Source of the DNA: an uncultured Clostridia bacterium
GTDB lineage: Bacteria; Bacillota; Clostridia; TANB77; CAG-508
NCBI GenBank assembly: GCA_944390405.1
Contig: CALXPS010000003.1
Location: 1,937-65,936, forward strand
DNA: 64,000 bases
Reading direction: 5' to 3'
The notes under the pieces are model-generated. The model was not told the origin of the DNA, made no database searches, and worked only from the letters and a program-made list of their open reading frames with translations. Both the position numbers and the translations under genes were made by a program. This document shows, in pieces, positions 7,904 through 17,557 of the stretch. Numbering within the stretch: position 1 is the stretch's first letter; every line of letters starts with the position of its first letter.

Positions 7904-8335
7904 ATGGCAAAAGAAGCAGGAGTTGAAAAAAAAGAAAAAGTTCAAAAAGGAACTAAAAAAACAGTAGCTAAAACAGCTGTAAAAGCAAAAAATGAAAAAG
8001 CTACTAAAACAACAAAAAAGGTGATGGCTACAAGTGAAAAAATAAGAATAAGACTAAAAGCTTATGACCATATTCTTATAGACCAGTCTGCTGAAAAGAT
8101 AGTAGATACTGCTAAAAGAACAGGAGCTAAAGTGTCAGGTCCTATTCCACTACCAACTAAAAAGGAAGTAGTTACAATAATTCGTTCACCACATAAAGAC
8201 AAAGATTCAAGAGAACAGTTCGAAATGAGAACACACAAAAGAGTTATTGATATATTGTATCCAACACAATCAACAGTTGATAATCTAATGAAATTAGAAT
8301 TGCCAGCAGGTGTTGATATAGAAATTAAACTTTAG
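7904..8335 (+). CDS. rpsJ: 30S ribosomal protein S10 with a 40-aa Lys-rich N-terminal extension
   Basis: The C-terminal ~102 aa ([12 protein letters not shown]...[10 protein letters not shown]) is S10. GGAGGG lies 9 nt before ATG 7904. Confidence 0.9.
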   Translation: MAKEAGVEKKEKVQKGTKKTVAKTAVKAKNEKATKTTKKVMATSEKIRIRLKAYDHILIDQSAEKIVDTAKRTGAKVSGPIPLPTKKEVVTIIRSPHKDKDSREQFEMRTHKRVIDILYPTQSTVDNLMKLELPAGVDIEIKL

Positions 8336-8341
8336 TTTTTA

Positions 8342-8376
8342 ATAGGTTATAGGTTAAAAGTTAGAGGTTAGAAACC
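8342..8376 (+). repeat. Period-7 degenerate tandem array (ataggtt ataggtt aaaagtt agaggtt agaaacc)
   Basis: Read directly in the rpsJ-rplC spacer. Confidence 0.8.
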
Positions 8377-8446
8377 AAATAACAAAATATATACCTTAAG
8401 CCAAGCTAGCATAAAATGTTAGCCAATAGTTAGGAGGATAATAAAA

Positions 8447-9079
8447 ATGAAAAAAGCAATTTTAGGAAAGAAAATAGGAATGACTCAAATATTTGATGAA
8501 AAAGGAAGAGCTATTCCAGTTACAGTAGTTGAAGCAGGTCCATGTACAGTAGTACAAATAAAAACAAAGGATTCTGATGGATACGAAGCAGTTCAATTAG
8601 GTTTTGGAGAAGTTAAAGAGAAAAAACTTATAAGACCAATAAAAGGACATTTTACTAAAGCAAATGTAACTCCAAAAAAGCATTTAAGAGAATTTAGATT
8701 AGAAGAAATTTCTTATAATGTAGGAGATGAAATAAAAGCAGATATATTTAAAGAAGGAGAAACTGTAGATGTTACAGGAACATCAAAGGGTAAAGGTTTC
8801 CAAGGTGTTATTAAACGTCATGGACAATCAAGAGGACCAATGGGACATGGTTCAATGTATCATAGAAGACCAGGTTCAATGGGTTCAACATCAACACCAG
8901 GCAGAGTTTATAAAGGAAAAAATTTACCAGGACATATGGGTGTTGAAACAGTTACAGTTCAAAACTTAGAAATTGTAAAAGTAGACATAGATAAAAATGT
9001 ATTACTAATAAAAGGTAGTGTGCCAGGAAATAAAGGAGCTATCTTAAAAATAAGAGACTCAGTAAAGAGTGCAAAATAG
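8447..9079 (+). CDS. rplC: 50S ribosomal protein L3
   Basis: [16 protein letters not shown]...[12 protein letters not shown]. Confidence 0.95.
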   Translation: MKKAILGKKIGMTQIFDEKGRAIPVTVVEAGPCTVVQIKTKDSDGYEAVQLGFGEVKEKKLIRPIKGHFTKANVTPKKHLREFRLEEISYNVGDEIKADIFKEGETVDVTGTSKGKGFQGVIKRHGQSRGPMGHGSMYHRRPGSMGSTSTPGRVYKGKNLPGHMGVETVTVQNLEIVKVDIDKNVLLIKGSVPGNKGAILKIRDSVKSAK

Positions 9080-9100
9080 TAAGAAGGGAGAGAAAACAAA

Positions 9101-9724
9101 ATGCCTAAAATAGATGTATACAATATGCAAGGTAAAAAAGTAAGCGATATAGAATTAAATGAAAATGTTTTTGGAATTAAGCCAAATGAAAAAATTGTTC
9201 ATATTGCTTTAGTAAATTACATGGCAAATCAAAGACAAGGTACAGCAAATACAAAAACAAGAGCTGAAGTTGCTGGCGGTGGAAGAAAACCATGGAGACA
9301 AAAAGGAACAGGTAGAGCAAGACAAGGAAGTATAAGAGCACCACAATGGATTAAAGGTGGTATAGCATTAGGACCAAAACCAAGAGATTATAGTTATAGA
9401 ATAAATAAAAAAGAAAGACAGTTAGCTATAAAATCATTATTAAGTTCTAAAGTATTAGAAAACAACTTAGTTGTTGTAGATAAATTAGATTTAAAAGAAA
9501 TAAAAACAAAAAATATGGTAAAAACATTAGAAAACCTAAAAGTAGAAGGTAAAACCCTAATAATATTACCAGAAAAAAATAAAAATGTTCAAAGTTCAGC
9601 TAGAAATATTGAAGGAGTTAAAACAAGTTTAACAAATACAATAAATGTTTATGATTTATTAAAATACAATAAATTAATATTAACAGTCGATAGTGTTAAA
9701 AGCTTAGAGGAGGTGTATGCTTAA
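9101..9724 (+). CDS. rplD: 50S ribosomal protein L4
   Basis: GGGRKPWRQKGTGRARQGSIRAPQW. Confidence 0.95.
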   Translation: MPKIDVYNMQGKKVSDIELNENVFGIKPNEKIVHIALVNYMANQRQGTANTKTRAEVAGGGRKPWRQKGTGRARQGSIRAPQWIKGGIALGPKPRDYSYRINKKERQLAIKSLLSSKVLENNLVVVDKLDLKEIKTKNMVKTLENLKVEGKTLIILPEKNKNVQSSARNIEGVKTSLTNTINVYDLLKYNKLILTVDSVKSLEEVYA

Positions 9725-10072
9725 ATGTTACCAGAAGAAATAATAATAAAACCTATTATAACAGAAAAAAGTAGTATAGACATTCAAGAAGGAAAGTATA
9801 CATTTCATGTAGCAAAAAAAGCTACAAAAATTCAGATAGCAAGCAGTATAGAAGCTTTATTTAATGTTAAGGTATTAAATGTTAATACAATGATAGTTAA
9901 AGGAAAAGAAAAAAGAGTAGGGGCTCACACAGGTAAAAGACCAGATTGGAAAAAAGCAATAGTAACAATCGATACAAACCCAGCTGAAGTAACATACTTA
10001 AGCAAAGGTGGTAAAGAAGTTAAAGTTGATAAAAAATATAAAGCTTCTATTGATGAATTTATGGGAGCGTAG
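9725..10072 (+). CDS. rplW: 50S ribosomal protein L23 (C-terminally extended)
   Basis: IIKPIITEKSS...ATKIQIASSIEALFNVKV. Confidence 0.9.
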   Translation: MLPEEIIIKPIITEKSSIDIQEGKYTFHVAKKATKIQIASSIEALFNVKVLNVNTMIVKGKEKRVGAHTGKRPDWKKAIVTIDTNPAEVTYLSKGGKEVKVDKKYKASIDEFMGA

Positions 10073-10085
10073 ACATTTTTTATTT

Positions 10086-10127
10086 AATGAATAGTGAAGA
10101 ATAAATAGTGAATAATTAATAATTTTT
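10086..10127 (+). repeat. Period-7 array (aatgaat agtgaag aataaat agtgaat aattaat aattttt)
   Basis: rplW-rplB spacer, followed by the small hairpin ccag-agaaaa-ctgg. Confidence 0.8.
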
Positions 10128-10181
10128 GAAGTTATCCAGAGAAAACTGGGAGAATAAATAATAAGAAGGAGAGATTTTAAA

Positions 10182-11009
10182 ATGGGAATAAAAACATTTA
10201 GACCATATACACCATCAAGAAGAAATATGACAGTGTTAACATATGATGAAATTACAAAAAAGACACCTGAAAAATCTTTATTAACAAAGAAAAAGAAAAA
10301 TGCAGGTAGAAATTCATATGGAAGAATAACAGTAAGACATCAAGGCGGTGGAAACAGACAAAAATATAGAATAATTGATTTTAAAAGAAAAAAAGATAAC
10401 ATGGTAGCAACAGTTATCGGGATTGAATATGATCCAAATCGTACAAGTAATATAGCTTTAATTCAATATGAAGATGGAGAAAAAGCATATATAATAGCTC
10501 CAGTAGGATTAAAAGATGGAGATAAAGTAGTATCTGGTGAAAATGTAGATATAAAACCAGGAAACTGCTTACCAATAGAAAACATACCAGTTGGTACATT
10601 AATTCATAATATAGAATTAAATCCAGGTCAAGGAGGAAAATTAGTAAAAGCTGCTGGTGGAGAAGCACAACTTATGGCTAAAGAAGGAGATTATGCACAT
10701 ATAAGATTACCATCAGGAGAAATGAGATTAGTAAGAGCAAAATGTAGAGCAACAATAGGAACAATTGGAAATACTGACCACAGCAATGTTAAATTGGGAA
10801 AAGCAGGAAGAACAAGACATATGGGCATAAGACCAACAGTTAGAGGTTCTGTTATGAACCCAGTAGATCACCCACATGGTGGTGGTGAAGGTAGAGCTCC
10901 AGTAGGACACAGTGGACCACTTACTCCTTGGGGTAAACCAGCATTAGGATATAAGACAAGAAAGAAAAATAATAGAACAGATAAATATATAGTAAAAAGA
11001 AGAAAATAA
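10182..11009 (+). CDS. rplB: 50S ribosomal protein L2
   Basis: [18 protein letters not shown]. Confidence 0.95.
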   Translation: MGIKTFRPYTPSRRNMTVLTYDEITKKTPEKSLLTKKKKNAGRNSYGRITVRHQGGGNRQKYRIIDFKRKKDNMVATVIGIEYDPNRTSNIALIQYEDGEKAYIIAPVGLKDGDKVVSGENVDIKPGNCLPIENIPVGTLIHNIELNPGQGGKLVKAAGGEAQLMAKEGDYAHIRLPSGEMRLVRAKCRATIGTIGNTDHSNVKLGKAGRTRHMGIRPTVRGSVMNPVDHPHGGGEGRAPVGHSGPLTPWGKPALGYKTRKKNNRTDKYIVKRRK

Positions 11010-11015
11010 TTTGTA

Positions 11016-11035
11016 GGGGCGAGCATCGCTCGTCC
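11016..11035. repeat. GGGGCGAGCAtcGCTCGTCC hairpin (REP-like family, copy 1)
   Basis: Palindromic GC island in the rplB-rpsS spacer. Related copies at 13784-13800 and 40767-40786. Confidence 0.7.
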
Positions 11036-11064
11036 GCAAAAAATAGTAAAAGGAGGAAAGTTTA

Positions 11065-11343
11065 ATGTCAAGATCTAGTAAGAAAAAACCATTTGTAGCA
11101 CCTGAACTTTTAAAAAGAATTGAAGCTATGAATGAAAGTGGAACAAAAACTGTTTTAAAAACTTGGTCAAGAGCTTCTACAATATACCCACAAATGGTAG
11201 GTCATACAATAGCAGTTCATGATGGAAGAAAACATGTTCCAGTATATATATCAGAAGAAATGATTGGACATAAATTAGGAGAATTTGCTCCAACAAGAAC
11301 ATTTAGAGGACATTCAGGAGAAAAGAAAACAGACGTAAAATAA
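11065..11343 (+). CDS. rpsS: 30S ribosomal protein S19
   Basis: [29 protein letters not shown]. Confidence 0.95.
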   Translation: MSRSSKKKPFVAPELLKRIEAMNESGTKTVLKTWSRASTIYPQMVGHTIAVHDGRKHVPVYISEEMIGHKLGEFAPTRTFRGHSGEKKTDVK

Positions 11344-11374
11344 TTAGTCAAGAATTAAAAGGAGGTAAAATCAG

Positions 11375-11728
11375 ATGCCAGAAGAAAATAAAGTATTAGA
11401 AGCAACAGCTACTTTAAGATTTGCGAGAATATCAGCTAGAAAAGTAAAAATAGTAGCAGATCTTATAAGAGGTAAATATGTTGATGAAGCTTTAGCAATA
11501 GTTAAATTTACACCAAAAGCATCATCTGAGATAATAGAAAAATTATTAAAATCTGCAATAGCAAATGCAGAAAATAACCATGGTATGAATAGAGGAAGTT
11601 TAGTAATTAGCGAAATTTATGCAAACCAAGGCCCAACAATGAAGAGAATAAGACCAGCAGCGAAAGGTTCAGCTACAAGAATTAGAAAAAGAACAAGTCA
11701 TATAACAATAAAATTAAGAGAAGTTTAA
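11375..11728 (+). CDS. rplV: 50S ribosomal protein L22
   Basis: [18 protein letters not shown]...[11 protein letters not shown]. Confidence 0.95.
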   Translation: MPEENKVLEATATLRFARISARKVKIVADLIRGKYVDEALAIVKFTPKASSEIIEKLLKSAIANAENNHGMNRGSLVISEIYANQGPTMKRIRPAAKGSATRIRKRTSHITIKLREV

Positions 11729-11745
11729 GGAGGGAAAGTTAAAGT

Positions 11746-12405
11746 ATGGGACAAAAAGTACATCCACATGGATTAAGAATTGGTGTAATAAAAGACTGGG
11801 ATTCAAAATGGTATGCAGATTCAAAGAATTTCAGTGACTATTTAGTAGAAGACCACAAAATCCGTGAATATATAAAGAAAAAATTATTTGCTAGCGGTAT
11901 TTCTAAAATAGAAATAGAAAGAACAGCTAAATTTGTAAAAGTAAATGTTTACACAGCAAAACCAGGTATAGTAATAGGAAAAGGTGGTAATTTAGCTGAA
12001 AGTTTAAAACAAGAATTAATGAAAATGATAAACAAAGACGTAAACTTAAATATAGTAGAAGTTAAAGACGTAGATACAAATGCTCAATTAGTAGCAGAAA
12101 ATATTTGTAATCAATTAGAAAGAAGAATATCTTTTAGAAGAGCAATGAAACAATGTATGCAAAAAGCAATGAAAGCTGGAGCTTTAGGAATTAAAACATC
12201 TGTATCTGGAAGATTAGGTGGAGCCGATATGGCAAGAACAGAATTCTATAAAGAAGGAACAATTCCTTTACAAACATTAAGAGCAGATATAGATTATGGA
12301 TTCTACGAAGCAGATACAACTTATGGAAAAATAGGTGTAAAAGTTTGGATATATAAAGGAGAAGTTCTTCCTACTAAAAAAACTAAAACAGAAGGAGGAG
12401 AATAA
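11746..12405 (+). CDS. rpsC: 30S ribosomal protein S3
   Basis: [24 protein letters not shown]. Confidence 0.95.
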   Translation: MGQKVHPHGLRIGVIKDWDSKWYADSKNFSDYLVEDHKIREYIKKKLFASGISKIEIERTAKFVKVNVYTAKPGIVIGKGGNLAESLKQELMKMINKDVNLNIVEVKDVDTNAQLVAENICNQLERRISFRRAMKQCMQKAMKAGALGIKTSVSGRLGGADMARTEFYKEGTIPLQTLRADIDYGFYEADTTYGKIGVKVWIYKGEVLPTKKTKTEGGE

Positions 12406-12407
12406 TA

Positions 12408-12839
12408 ATGCCAGTAATGCCAAAAAGAACAAAATATAGAAAAATGCAAAAAGGTAGAAATAGAGGAAAAGCAACAAGAGGAAATGTAGTTAATGAAGGA
12501 GAATTCGGATTACAAACATTAGAAGCTGGATTAATTACAGCAAATCAAATAGAAGCAGCACGTATTGCTATGACACGTTATATAAAAAGAGGTGGAAAAG
12601 TTTGGATAAAAATATTCCCAAACAAACCAATAAGTAAGAAACCTGCTGAAACTCGCATGGGTAAAGGAAAAGGAGCTGTTGAATATTGGGTAGCACCTGT
12701 TAAACCAGGTAGAATATTATTCGAACTAGCAGAAGTTTCAGAAGATATAGCAAGAGAAGCTCTAAGATTAGCTGCACACAAGTTACCAGTTAAAACAAAA
12801 TTTGTAACAAGAGAAAATAATCAAGGTGGTGATGCTTAA
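12408..12839 (+). CDS. rplP: 50S ribosomal protein L16
   Basis: [17 protein letters not shown]...RMGKGKG. Confidence 0.95.
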   Translation: MPVMPKRTKYRKMQKGRNRGKATRGNVVNEGEFGLQTLEAGLITANQIEAARIAMTRYIKRGGKVWIKIFPNKPISKKPAETRMGKGKGAVEYWVAPVKPGRILFELAEVSEDIAREALRLAAHKLPVKTKFVTRENNQGGDA

Positions 12840-13034
12840 ATGAAGATAGATAAAATAAGAGAAATGTCTTCAACAGACTTAGAAAAAGAATTAGGTGAAT
12901 TAAAAACAGAACTATTTAAACTAAGATTTAACTTGGCAACAAATGGATTAGATAATCCTATGAAAATAAAAGAAACAAAAAAAGATATAGCTAGAATAAA
13001 TACAGTGTTAAAAGAAAGAAAATTAGCTGAATAA
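12840..13034 (+). CDS. rpmC: 50S ribosomal protein L29
   Basis: 64 aa, LEKELGELKTELFKLRF. Position between L16 and S17. Confidence 0.9.
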   Translation: MKIDKIREMSSTDLEKELGELKTELFKLRFNLATNGLDNPMKIKETKKDIARINTVLKERKLAE

Positions 13035-13081
13035 TAAATCTATAGTTTAAATTACAGTAACATTTAAAGGAGGATTAAATA

Positions 13082-13345
13082 ATGGAAGAAAGAAATCTTC
13101 GTAAAGTTATGATTGGTACAGTAACATCAAATAAGATGGATAAAACAGTAGTTGTATCAGTTGAAACAAGTGTAAAACATCCTATATATGGTAAAATAGT
13201 AAAAAGAACATATAAACTAAAAGCACATGATGAAAATAATGATTGCCAAATGGGAGATAAAGTAAAAGTAATGGAAACTAGACCTCTATCAAAAGACAAA
13301 AGATGGAGAGTAGTTGAAATTGTAGAAAAAGCTATTATAAAATAA
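13082..13345 (+). CDS. rpsQ: 30S ribosomal protein S17
   Basis: [17 protein letters not shown]...[23 protein letters not shown]. Confidence 0.95.
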   Translation: MEERNLRKVMIGTVTSNKMDKTVVVSVETSVKHPIYGKIVKRTYKLKAHDENNDCQMGDKVKVMETRPLSKDKRWRVVEIVEKAIIK

Positions 13346-13371
13346 ATAAGTAAAAAAGGAGGATACCTAGA

Positions 13372-13740
13372 ATGATTCAACAACAATCAAAGTTAAAAGT
13401 AGCAGACAATACAGGCGCAAAAGAATTAATGTGTATTAGATGCTTAGGCGGTTCACATAGAAAATTTGCGGGTGTAGGAGATGTTATAGTAGCATCAGTA
13501 AAAAGTGCTATACCAAATGGTGTTGTAAAAAAAGGTGATGTAGTAAAAGCCGTAATAGTTAGAACAAAAAAACCTATAAAAAGAGCAGATGGTTCATATG
13601 TTAGATTTGATGAAAATGCTGCAGTTATAATACGTGACGATGGAAATCCAAGAGGAACACGTATATTTGGACCTATCGCTAGAGAATTAAGAGATAAAGA
13701 TTATATGAAAATTCTTTCTTTAGCGCCAGAAGTATTGTAA
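13372..13740 (+). CDS. rplN: 50S ribosomal protein L14
   Basis: [23 protein letters not shown]. Confidence 0.95.
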   Translation: MIQQQSKLKVADNTGAKELMCIRCLGGSHRKFAGVGDVIVASVKSAIPNGVVKKGDVVKAVIVRTKKPIKRADGSYVRFDENAAVIIRDDGNPRGTRIFGPIARELRDKDYMKILSLAPEVL

Positions 13741-13775
13741 CGGAAGTCGGAAGTCAGAAATCTGAGGTCAGAAAG
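13741..13775 (+). repeat. Period-7 array, CGG type (cggaagt cggaagt cagaaat ctgaggt cagaaag)
   Basis: Starts immediately after the rplN stop. Followed by the gcgagc hairpin at 13784-13800. Confidence 0.85.
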
Positions 13776-13783
13776 ATTATGAG

Positions 13784-13800
13784 AGCGAGCAGTGCTCGTT
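13784..13800. repeat. AGCGAGCagtGCTCGTT hairpin (REP-like family, copy 2)
   Basis: Read directly in the rplN-rplX spacer. Confidence 0.65.
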
Positions 13801-13841
13801 TGTTAAAGGAAATACTAAATTGATTAAAGAGGTGAAATATT

Positions 13842-14150
13842 TTGAAAATTAAAAAAGGTGATACAGTTCAAGTTTTATCTGGTAATGATAAAGGAAAAAC
13901 TGGAGAAGTTTTAGAAGTAATGCCAAAACAAGAAAAAGTTGTTGTTAAAGGCGTAAATATAAGAAAAAAACATATAAAACCTAGAAAACAAGGCGATGAA
14001 GGTGGAATTATATCAGTAGAGTGTGGTATACATGCTAGTAAAGTTAATGTAGTATGCTCTAAATGTAATAAACCAGCAAGAATAGGTTATAAAAAAGAAA
14101 AAGAAGGTAAGGTTCGTATTTGTAAAAGATGTGGAACAGTTATTAAATAG
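13842..14150 (+). CDS. rplX: 50S ribosomal protein L24 (TTG start; carries a CxxC...CxxC pair)
   Basis: [33 protein letters not shown] before the TTG. Confidence 0.9.
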   Translation: MKIKKGDTVQVLSGNDKGKTGEVLEVMPKQEKVVVKGVNIRKKHIKPRKQGDEGGIISVECGIHASKVNVVCSKCNKPARIGYKKEKEGKVRICKRCGTVIK

Positions 14151-14173
14151 GAAAAAGGAGGGAAATTATAATT

Positions 14174-14713
14174 ATGGAAATATTAAGGGAACAATACGAA
14201 AAAGAAGTTATACCTGCATTAATGAAAAAGTTTCAATATAAATCAGTTATGCAAGTTCCAAAATTAGAAAAAATAGTTATAAATATAGGTTTAGGAGATA
14301 CAAAAGAAAATCCTAAATCATTAGATAATGCAATTGCAGATTTAACAGCTATAACAGGACAAAAACCAGTTATAACAAAAGCAAAAAAATCAATTGCGGC
14401 ATTTAAACTAAGAGAAGGAGCTAATGTTGGATGTAAAGTTACATTAAGAAAAGATAAAATGTATGATTTCGCATATAAGCTATTCAACATATCACTTCCA
14501 AGAGTAAGAGACTTTAGAGGAGTATCAAAAAAATCTTTTGATGGAAAAGGGAATTACTCTTTAGGAATTAAAGAACAATTAATATTCCCTGAAATTGAAT
14601 ATGAAAAAATAGATAAAATAAGAGGAATGGATATTATATTTGTTACAACAGCTAATTCTGATGAAGAAGCTAAAGAATTACTTACTCTATTAGGTATGCC
14701 TTTTAGAGCTTAA
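14174..14713 (+). CDS. rplE: 50S ribosomal protein L5
   Basis: [15 protein letters not shown]...[10 protein letters not shown]. Confidence 0.95.
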   Translation: MEILREQYEKEVIPALMKKFQYKSVMQVPKLEKIVINIGLGDTKENPKSLDNAIADLTAITGQKPVITKAKKSIAAFKLREGANVGCKVTLRKDKMYDFAYKLFNISLPRVRDFRGVSKKSFDGKGNYSLGIKEQLIFPEIEYEKIDKIRGMDIIFVTTANSDEEAKELLTLLGMPFRA

Positions 14714-14758
14714 TGAATAGTGAAAAATGAATAATACAAAATTTGCCAAGCAAATTTT
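14714..14758 (+). repeat. Period-7 array (tgaatag tgaaaaa tgaataa tacaaaa) plus hairpin aaaatttgc-caa-gcaaatttt
   Basis: rplE-rpsN spacer. A similar aaaatttgc...gcagatttt hairpin lies at 17083-17105. Confidence 0.75.
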
Positions 14759-14780
14759 GAAAAGGAGGAAAATAAAAAAC

Positions 14781-14966
14781 ATGGCTAAGAAATCTATGAT
14801 TGTAAAACAACAAAAACAACAAAAATACAAGACTAGAGAATATAATAGATGTAAATTATGCGGAAGACCACATGGTTATATTAGAAAATACGGAATTTGC
14901 CGTATATGTTTTAGAGAATTAGCACATAAGGGCGAAATACCAGGTGTTAAGAAATCTAGTTGGTAA
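14781..14966 (+). CDS. rpsN: 30S ribosomal protein S14, type Z (zinc-ribbon form, 61 aa)
   Basis: [11 protein letters not shown]...[34 protein letters not shown]. The ORF-track start at 14727 is rejected. Confidence 0.9.
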   Translation: MAKKSMIVKQQKQQKYKTREYNRCKLCGRPHGYIRKYGICRICFRELAHKGEIPGVKKSSW

Positions 14967-14968
14967 AA

Positions 14969-15010
14969 CGGAGATCGGATATCGGATGTCAGAAATCAGA
15001 TGTCGGAGGG
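14969..15010 (+). repeat. Period-7 array, CGG type (cggagat cggatat cggatgt cagaaat cagatgt cggaggg)
   Basis: rpsN-rpsH spacer. Confidence 0.85.
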
Positions 15011-15046
15011 ATAAATAATTATAGTATAAAAGAAGGAGGAGAAAAA

Positions 15047-15445
15047 ATGGTTACAACTGATCCAATTGCAGATATGTTAACAAGAATTAGAAATGCAAGT
15101 CAAGCAAACTTTAAAACAGTAGATATTCCAGCATCAAATATGAAAAAAGCTATTGCAGAAATATTATTTAATGAAGGATATATAAAAGCTTATGAAGAAA
15201 TAAAAAATGAAAATCAAGGCATTATCAGAGTAAGCTTAAAATATACAGAAAAAGGGAAAAAAGTTATATCTGGATTAAAAAGAATAAGTAAACCAGGATT
15301 AAGAATATATGCATCTAAAGAAGAACTTCCTAGAGTATTAAATGGACTAGGAATAGCTTTAATATCAACATCAAAAGGAATCATGACAGATAAAAAAGCA
15401 AGAGAATTAGGTGTTGGTGGAGAAGTATTAGCGTATATATGGTAA
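15047..15445 (+). CDS. rpsH: 30S ribosomal protein S8
   Basis: [30 protein letters not shown]. The ORF-track start at 14960 runs through the repeat array and is rejected. Confidence 0.9.
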   Translation: MVTTDPIADMLTRIRNASQANFKTVDIPASNMKKAIAEILFNEGYIKAYEEIKNENQGIIRVSLKYTEKGKKVISGLKRISKPGLRIYASKEELPRVLNGLGIALISTSKGIMTDKKARELGVGGEVLAYIW

Positions 15446-15447
15446 GA

Positions 15448-15496
15448 CGGAGGTCGGATGTCAGAAGACGGATGTCGGATGGCGGAAGTCAGAGAA
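15448..15496 (+). repeat. Period-7 array, CGG type (cggaggt cggatgt cagaaga cggatgt cggatgg cggaagt cagagaa)
   Basis: rpsH-rplF spacer. Confidence 0.85.
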
Positions 15497-15515
15497 ATAG
15501 AAAGGAGATTTTAAA

Positions 15516-16055
15516 ATGTCAAGGATTGGAAATAAGCCAATTACAGTTCCAGAAAATGTAGAAGTAAAATTAGAAGGAAATAAAATAACTGTAAAAGGTC
15601 CTAAAGGAACTCTAGAAAGAGAAATACATCCAAATATGAAAGTAGCACTAGAAAATAATGTTATAACAGTAACAAGACCTAATGATGAACCACAAAATAG
15701 AAGTTTACATGGTTTAACAAGAACTTTAATAAATAATATGATAATAGGTGTTGTAAATGAATATTCTAGAGAATTAGAAATAAATGGTGTAGGTTATAGA
15801 GCTGCAAAACAAGGTAATAAATTAGTTCTAACATTAGGATATTCTCATCCAATAGAAATGGTAGAACCAGCAGGTATTAAATATGAAGTTCCAACTCCTA
15901 ACCAAATAATTGTTAAAGGAGTAGACAAAGAACTTGTAGGTGAAATGGCAGCTGTTATAAGAACAAAAAGACCACCAGAAGTTTATAGAGGTAAAGGTAT
16001 TAAGTATGTTGAAGAACATATTAGACGTAAAGAAGGTAAGACAGGTAAAAAATAA
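15516..16055 (+). CDS. rplF: 50S ribosomal protein L6
   Basis: [17 protein letters not shown]...GYSHPIE. Confidence 0.95.
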   Translation: MSRIGNKPITVPENVEVKLEGNKITVKGPKGTLEREIHPNMKVALENNVITVTRPNDEPQNRSLHGLTRTLINNMIIGVVNEYSRELEINGVGYRAAKQGNKLVLTLGYSHPIEMVEPAGIKYEVPTPNQIIVKGVDKELVGEMAAVIRTKRPPEVYRGKGIKYVEEHIRRKEGKTGKK

Positions 16056-16056
16056 T

Positions 16057-16098
16057 AATTAATAATGAATAGTGAAGAATGAATAATGAAAAATGTTT
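16057..16098 (+). repeat. Period-7 array (aattaat aatgaat agtgaag aatgaat aatgaaa aatgttt)
   Basis: rplF-rplR spacer. Confidence 0.85.
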
Positions 16099-16118
16099 CG
16101 TAGAAAGGAGAAATTACA

Positions 16119-16478
16119 ATGATTTCTAAGACTAATAGAAAGCTAGAGAGAGAAAGAAGACATAAAAGAGTTCGTACAAAAATAAGTGGAACACCAGAAT
16201 GTCCAAGACTATGTGTATTTAGAAGTAACACAAATGTGTATGCTCAAATAATTGATGACACTAAAGGTGTAACTTTAGTTCAAGCATCAACATTAGACAA
16301 AGAAGTAAAAACAAAACATTCAAATAAAGAAGCTGCTAAAGAAGTAGGAACTTTAGTTGCAAAAAGAGCCATAGAGAAAAATATAAAAAATGTTGTTTAT
16401 GATAGAGGCGGATATATATATCATGGTGTTGTAAAAGAATTAGCAGAAGCTGCTAGAGCCGCAGGATTGGAATTTTAA
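16119..16478 (+). CDS. rplR: 50S ribosomal protein L18
   Basis: [34 protein letters not shown]. Confidence 0.95.
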   Translation: MISKTNRKLERERRHKRVRTKISGTPECPRLCVFRSNTNVYAQIIDDTKGVTLVQASTLDKEVKTKHSNKEAAKEVGTLVAKRAIEKNIKNVVYDRGGYIYHGVVKELAEAARAAGLEF

Positions 16479-16508
16479 AGTAGAATTAAGGAGGGAGAAT
16501 TAATTTCA

Positions 16509-16997
16509 ATGGAAGAAAAAACAATGGAATTTAAAGAAAAAGTTGTAGCTATTAATAGAGTTGCAAAAGTTGTTAAAGGTGGTAGGAACTTTAGATTTAG
16601 TGCTGTAGTAGTTGTTGGTGACGAAAACGGACACGTAGGTATTGGAAATGGTAAAGCAGCCGAAGTTCCAGATGCAATAAAAAAAGCAATTGAAGATGCA
16701 AAAAAGAATTTAATAGAAGTTCCTATTGTTGGAACAACAGTGCCACATGAATATTTAGGAAAATTTGGTTCAGCAAGTGTATTGATAAAACCAGCTCCAG
16801 AAGGTTCTGGACTTATTGCAGGAGGTAGTGTAAGACCTATATTAGAACTTGCAGGTTATAGAGATATTAAAACAAAAGTTATAGGTACAAATAACCCAAG
16901 AAATGTAGGATATGCTACAATAAATGCATTAGAAAATATGATTACAGCTGAAAATATGGCTAAAAAAAGAGGTAAAAAAGTAGAAGAAATACTTTAA
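16509..16997 (+). CDS. rpsE: 30S ribosomal protein S5
   Basis: [27 protein letters not shown]. Confidence 0.95.
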   Translation: MEEKTMEFKEKVVAINRVAKVVKGGRNFRFSAVVVVGDENGHVGIGNGKAAEVPDAIKKAIEDAKKNLIEVPIVGTTVPHEYLGKFGSASVLIKPAPEGSGLIAGGSVRPILELAGYRDIKTKVIGTNNPRNVGYATINALENMITAENMAKKRGKKVEEIL

Positions 16998-17121
16998 TAA
17001 TAAAGCTATTAACTGTATACAAGAGCATTCTTTATAGAGTTAGTAAATAATTAAGAATTGAATAGTAAAGAGTAAAGAAGACAAAATTTGCTCTTTGCAG
17101 ATTTTGAAGGAGGGAAAACAG

Positions 17122-17556
17122 ATGGAATTAGGAAACGTAAAATCAGCTACCCAAAAAGAAAAAAGAAAAAGAGTTGGACGTGGAATAGGTTCAGGCCTTG
17201 GAAAAACATCAGGTAGAGGACATAAAGGACAAAAAGCAAGATCAGGCGGAGGAGTAAGACGCGGATTTGAAGGCGGTCAAACACCATTATATAGAAGATT
17301 ACCAAAAAGAGGATTTAAAAATATCCATGCTAAAACCTATACAGAAGTAACATTAACAATGTTAAATAAAGCAACAACTGAAGAAGTTACAGCTGAAAGT
17401 TTAATAAAAGATGGAATCATTAGCAAAGCTAATGACGGAATAGTTATTTTAGGAACTGGAAAATTAGAAAAAAAGTTAAAAGTTAAAGCAAACAGATTCA
17501 CAAATTCAGCTGCAAAATCAATAGAAGCAGCTGGTGGAAAAGCAGAGGTGATTTAA
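17122..17556 (+). CDS. rplO: 50S ribosomal protein L15
   Basis: [39 protein letters not shown] before ATG 17122. Confidence 0.9.
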   Translation: MELGNVKSATQKEKRKRVGRGIGSGLGKTSGRGHKGQKARSGGGVRRGFEGGQTPLYRRLPKRGFKNIHAKTYTEVTLTMLNKATTEEVTAESLIKDGIISKANDGIVILGTGKLEKKLKVKANRFTNSAAKSIEAAGGKAEVI

Positions 17557-17557
17557 T

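Noticed and set aside
8769-8969. 66-aa alternative-frame plus-strand ORF inside rplC
   Set aside because: It is embedded in a highly conserved L3 coding region with no initiation signal.
14727-15046. ORF-track N-terminal extensions of rpsN (14727) and rpsH (14960). The same applies to rplO (17095), rpsK (21515), rny (33863), pflB (50106), agrC (55998) and agrA (56677)
   Set aside because: The extensions run through repeat arrays or promoters and lack an SD. Internal ATGs with strong SDs reproduce the canonical N-termini.
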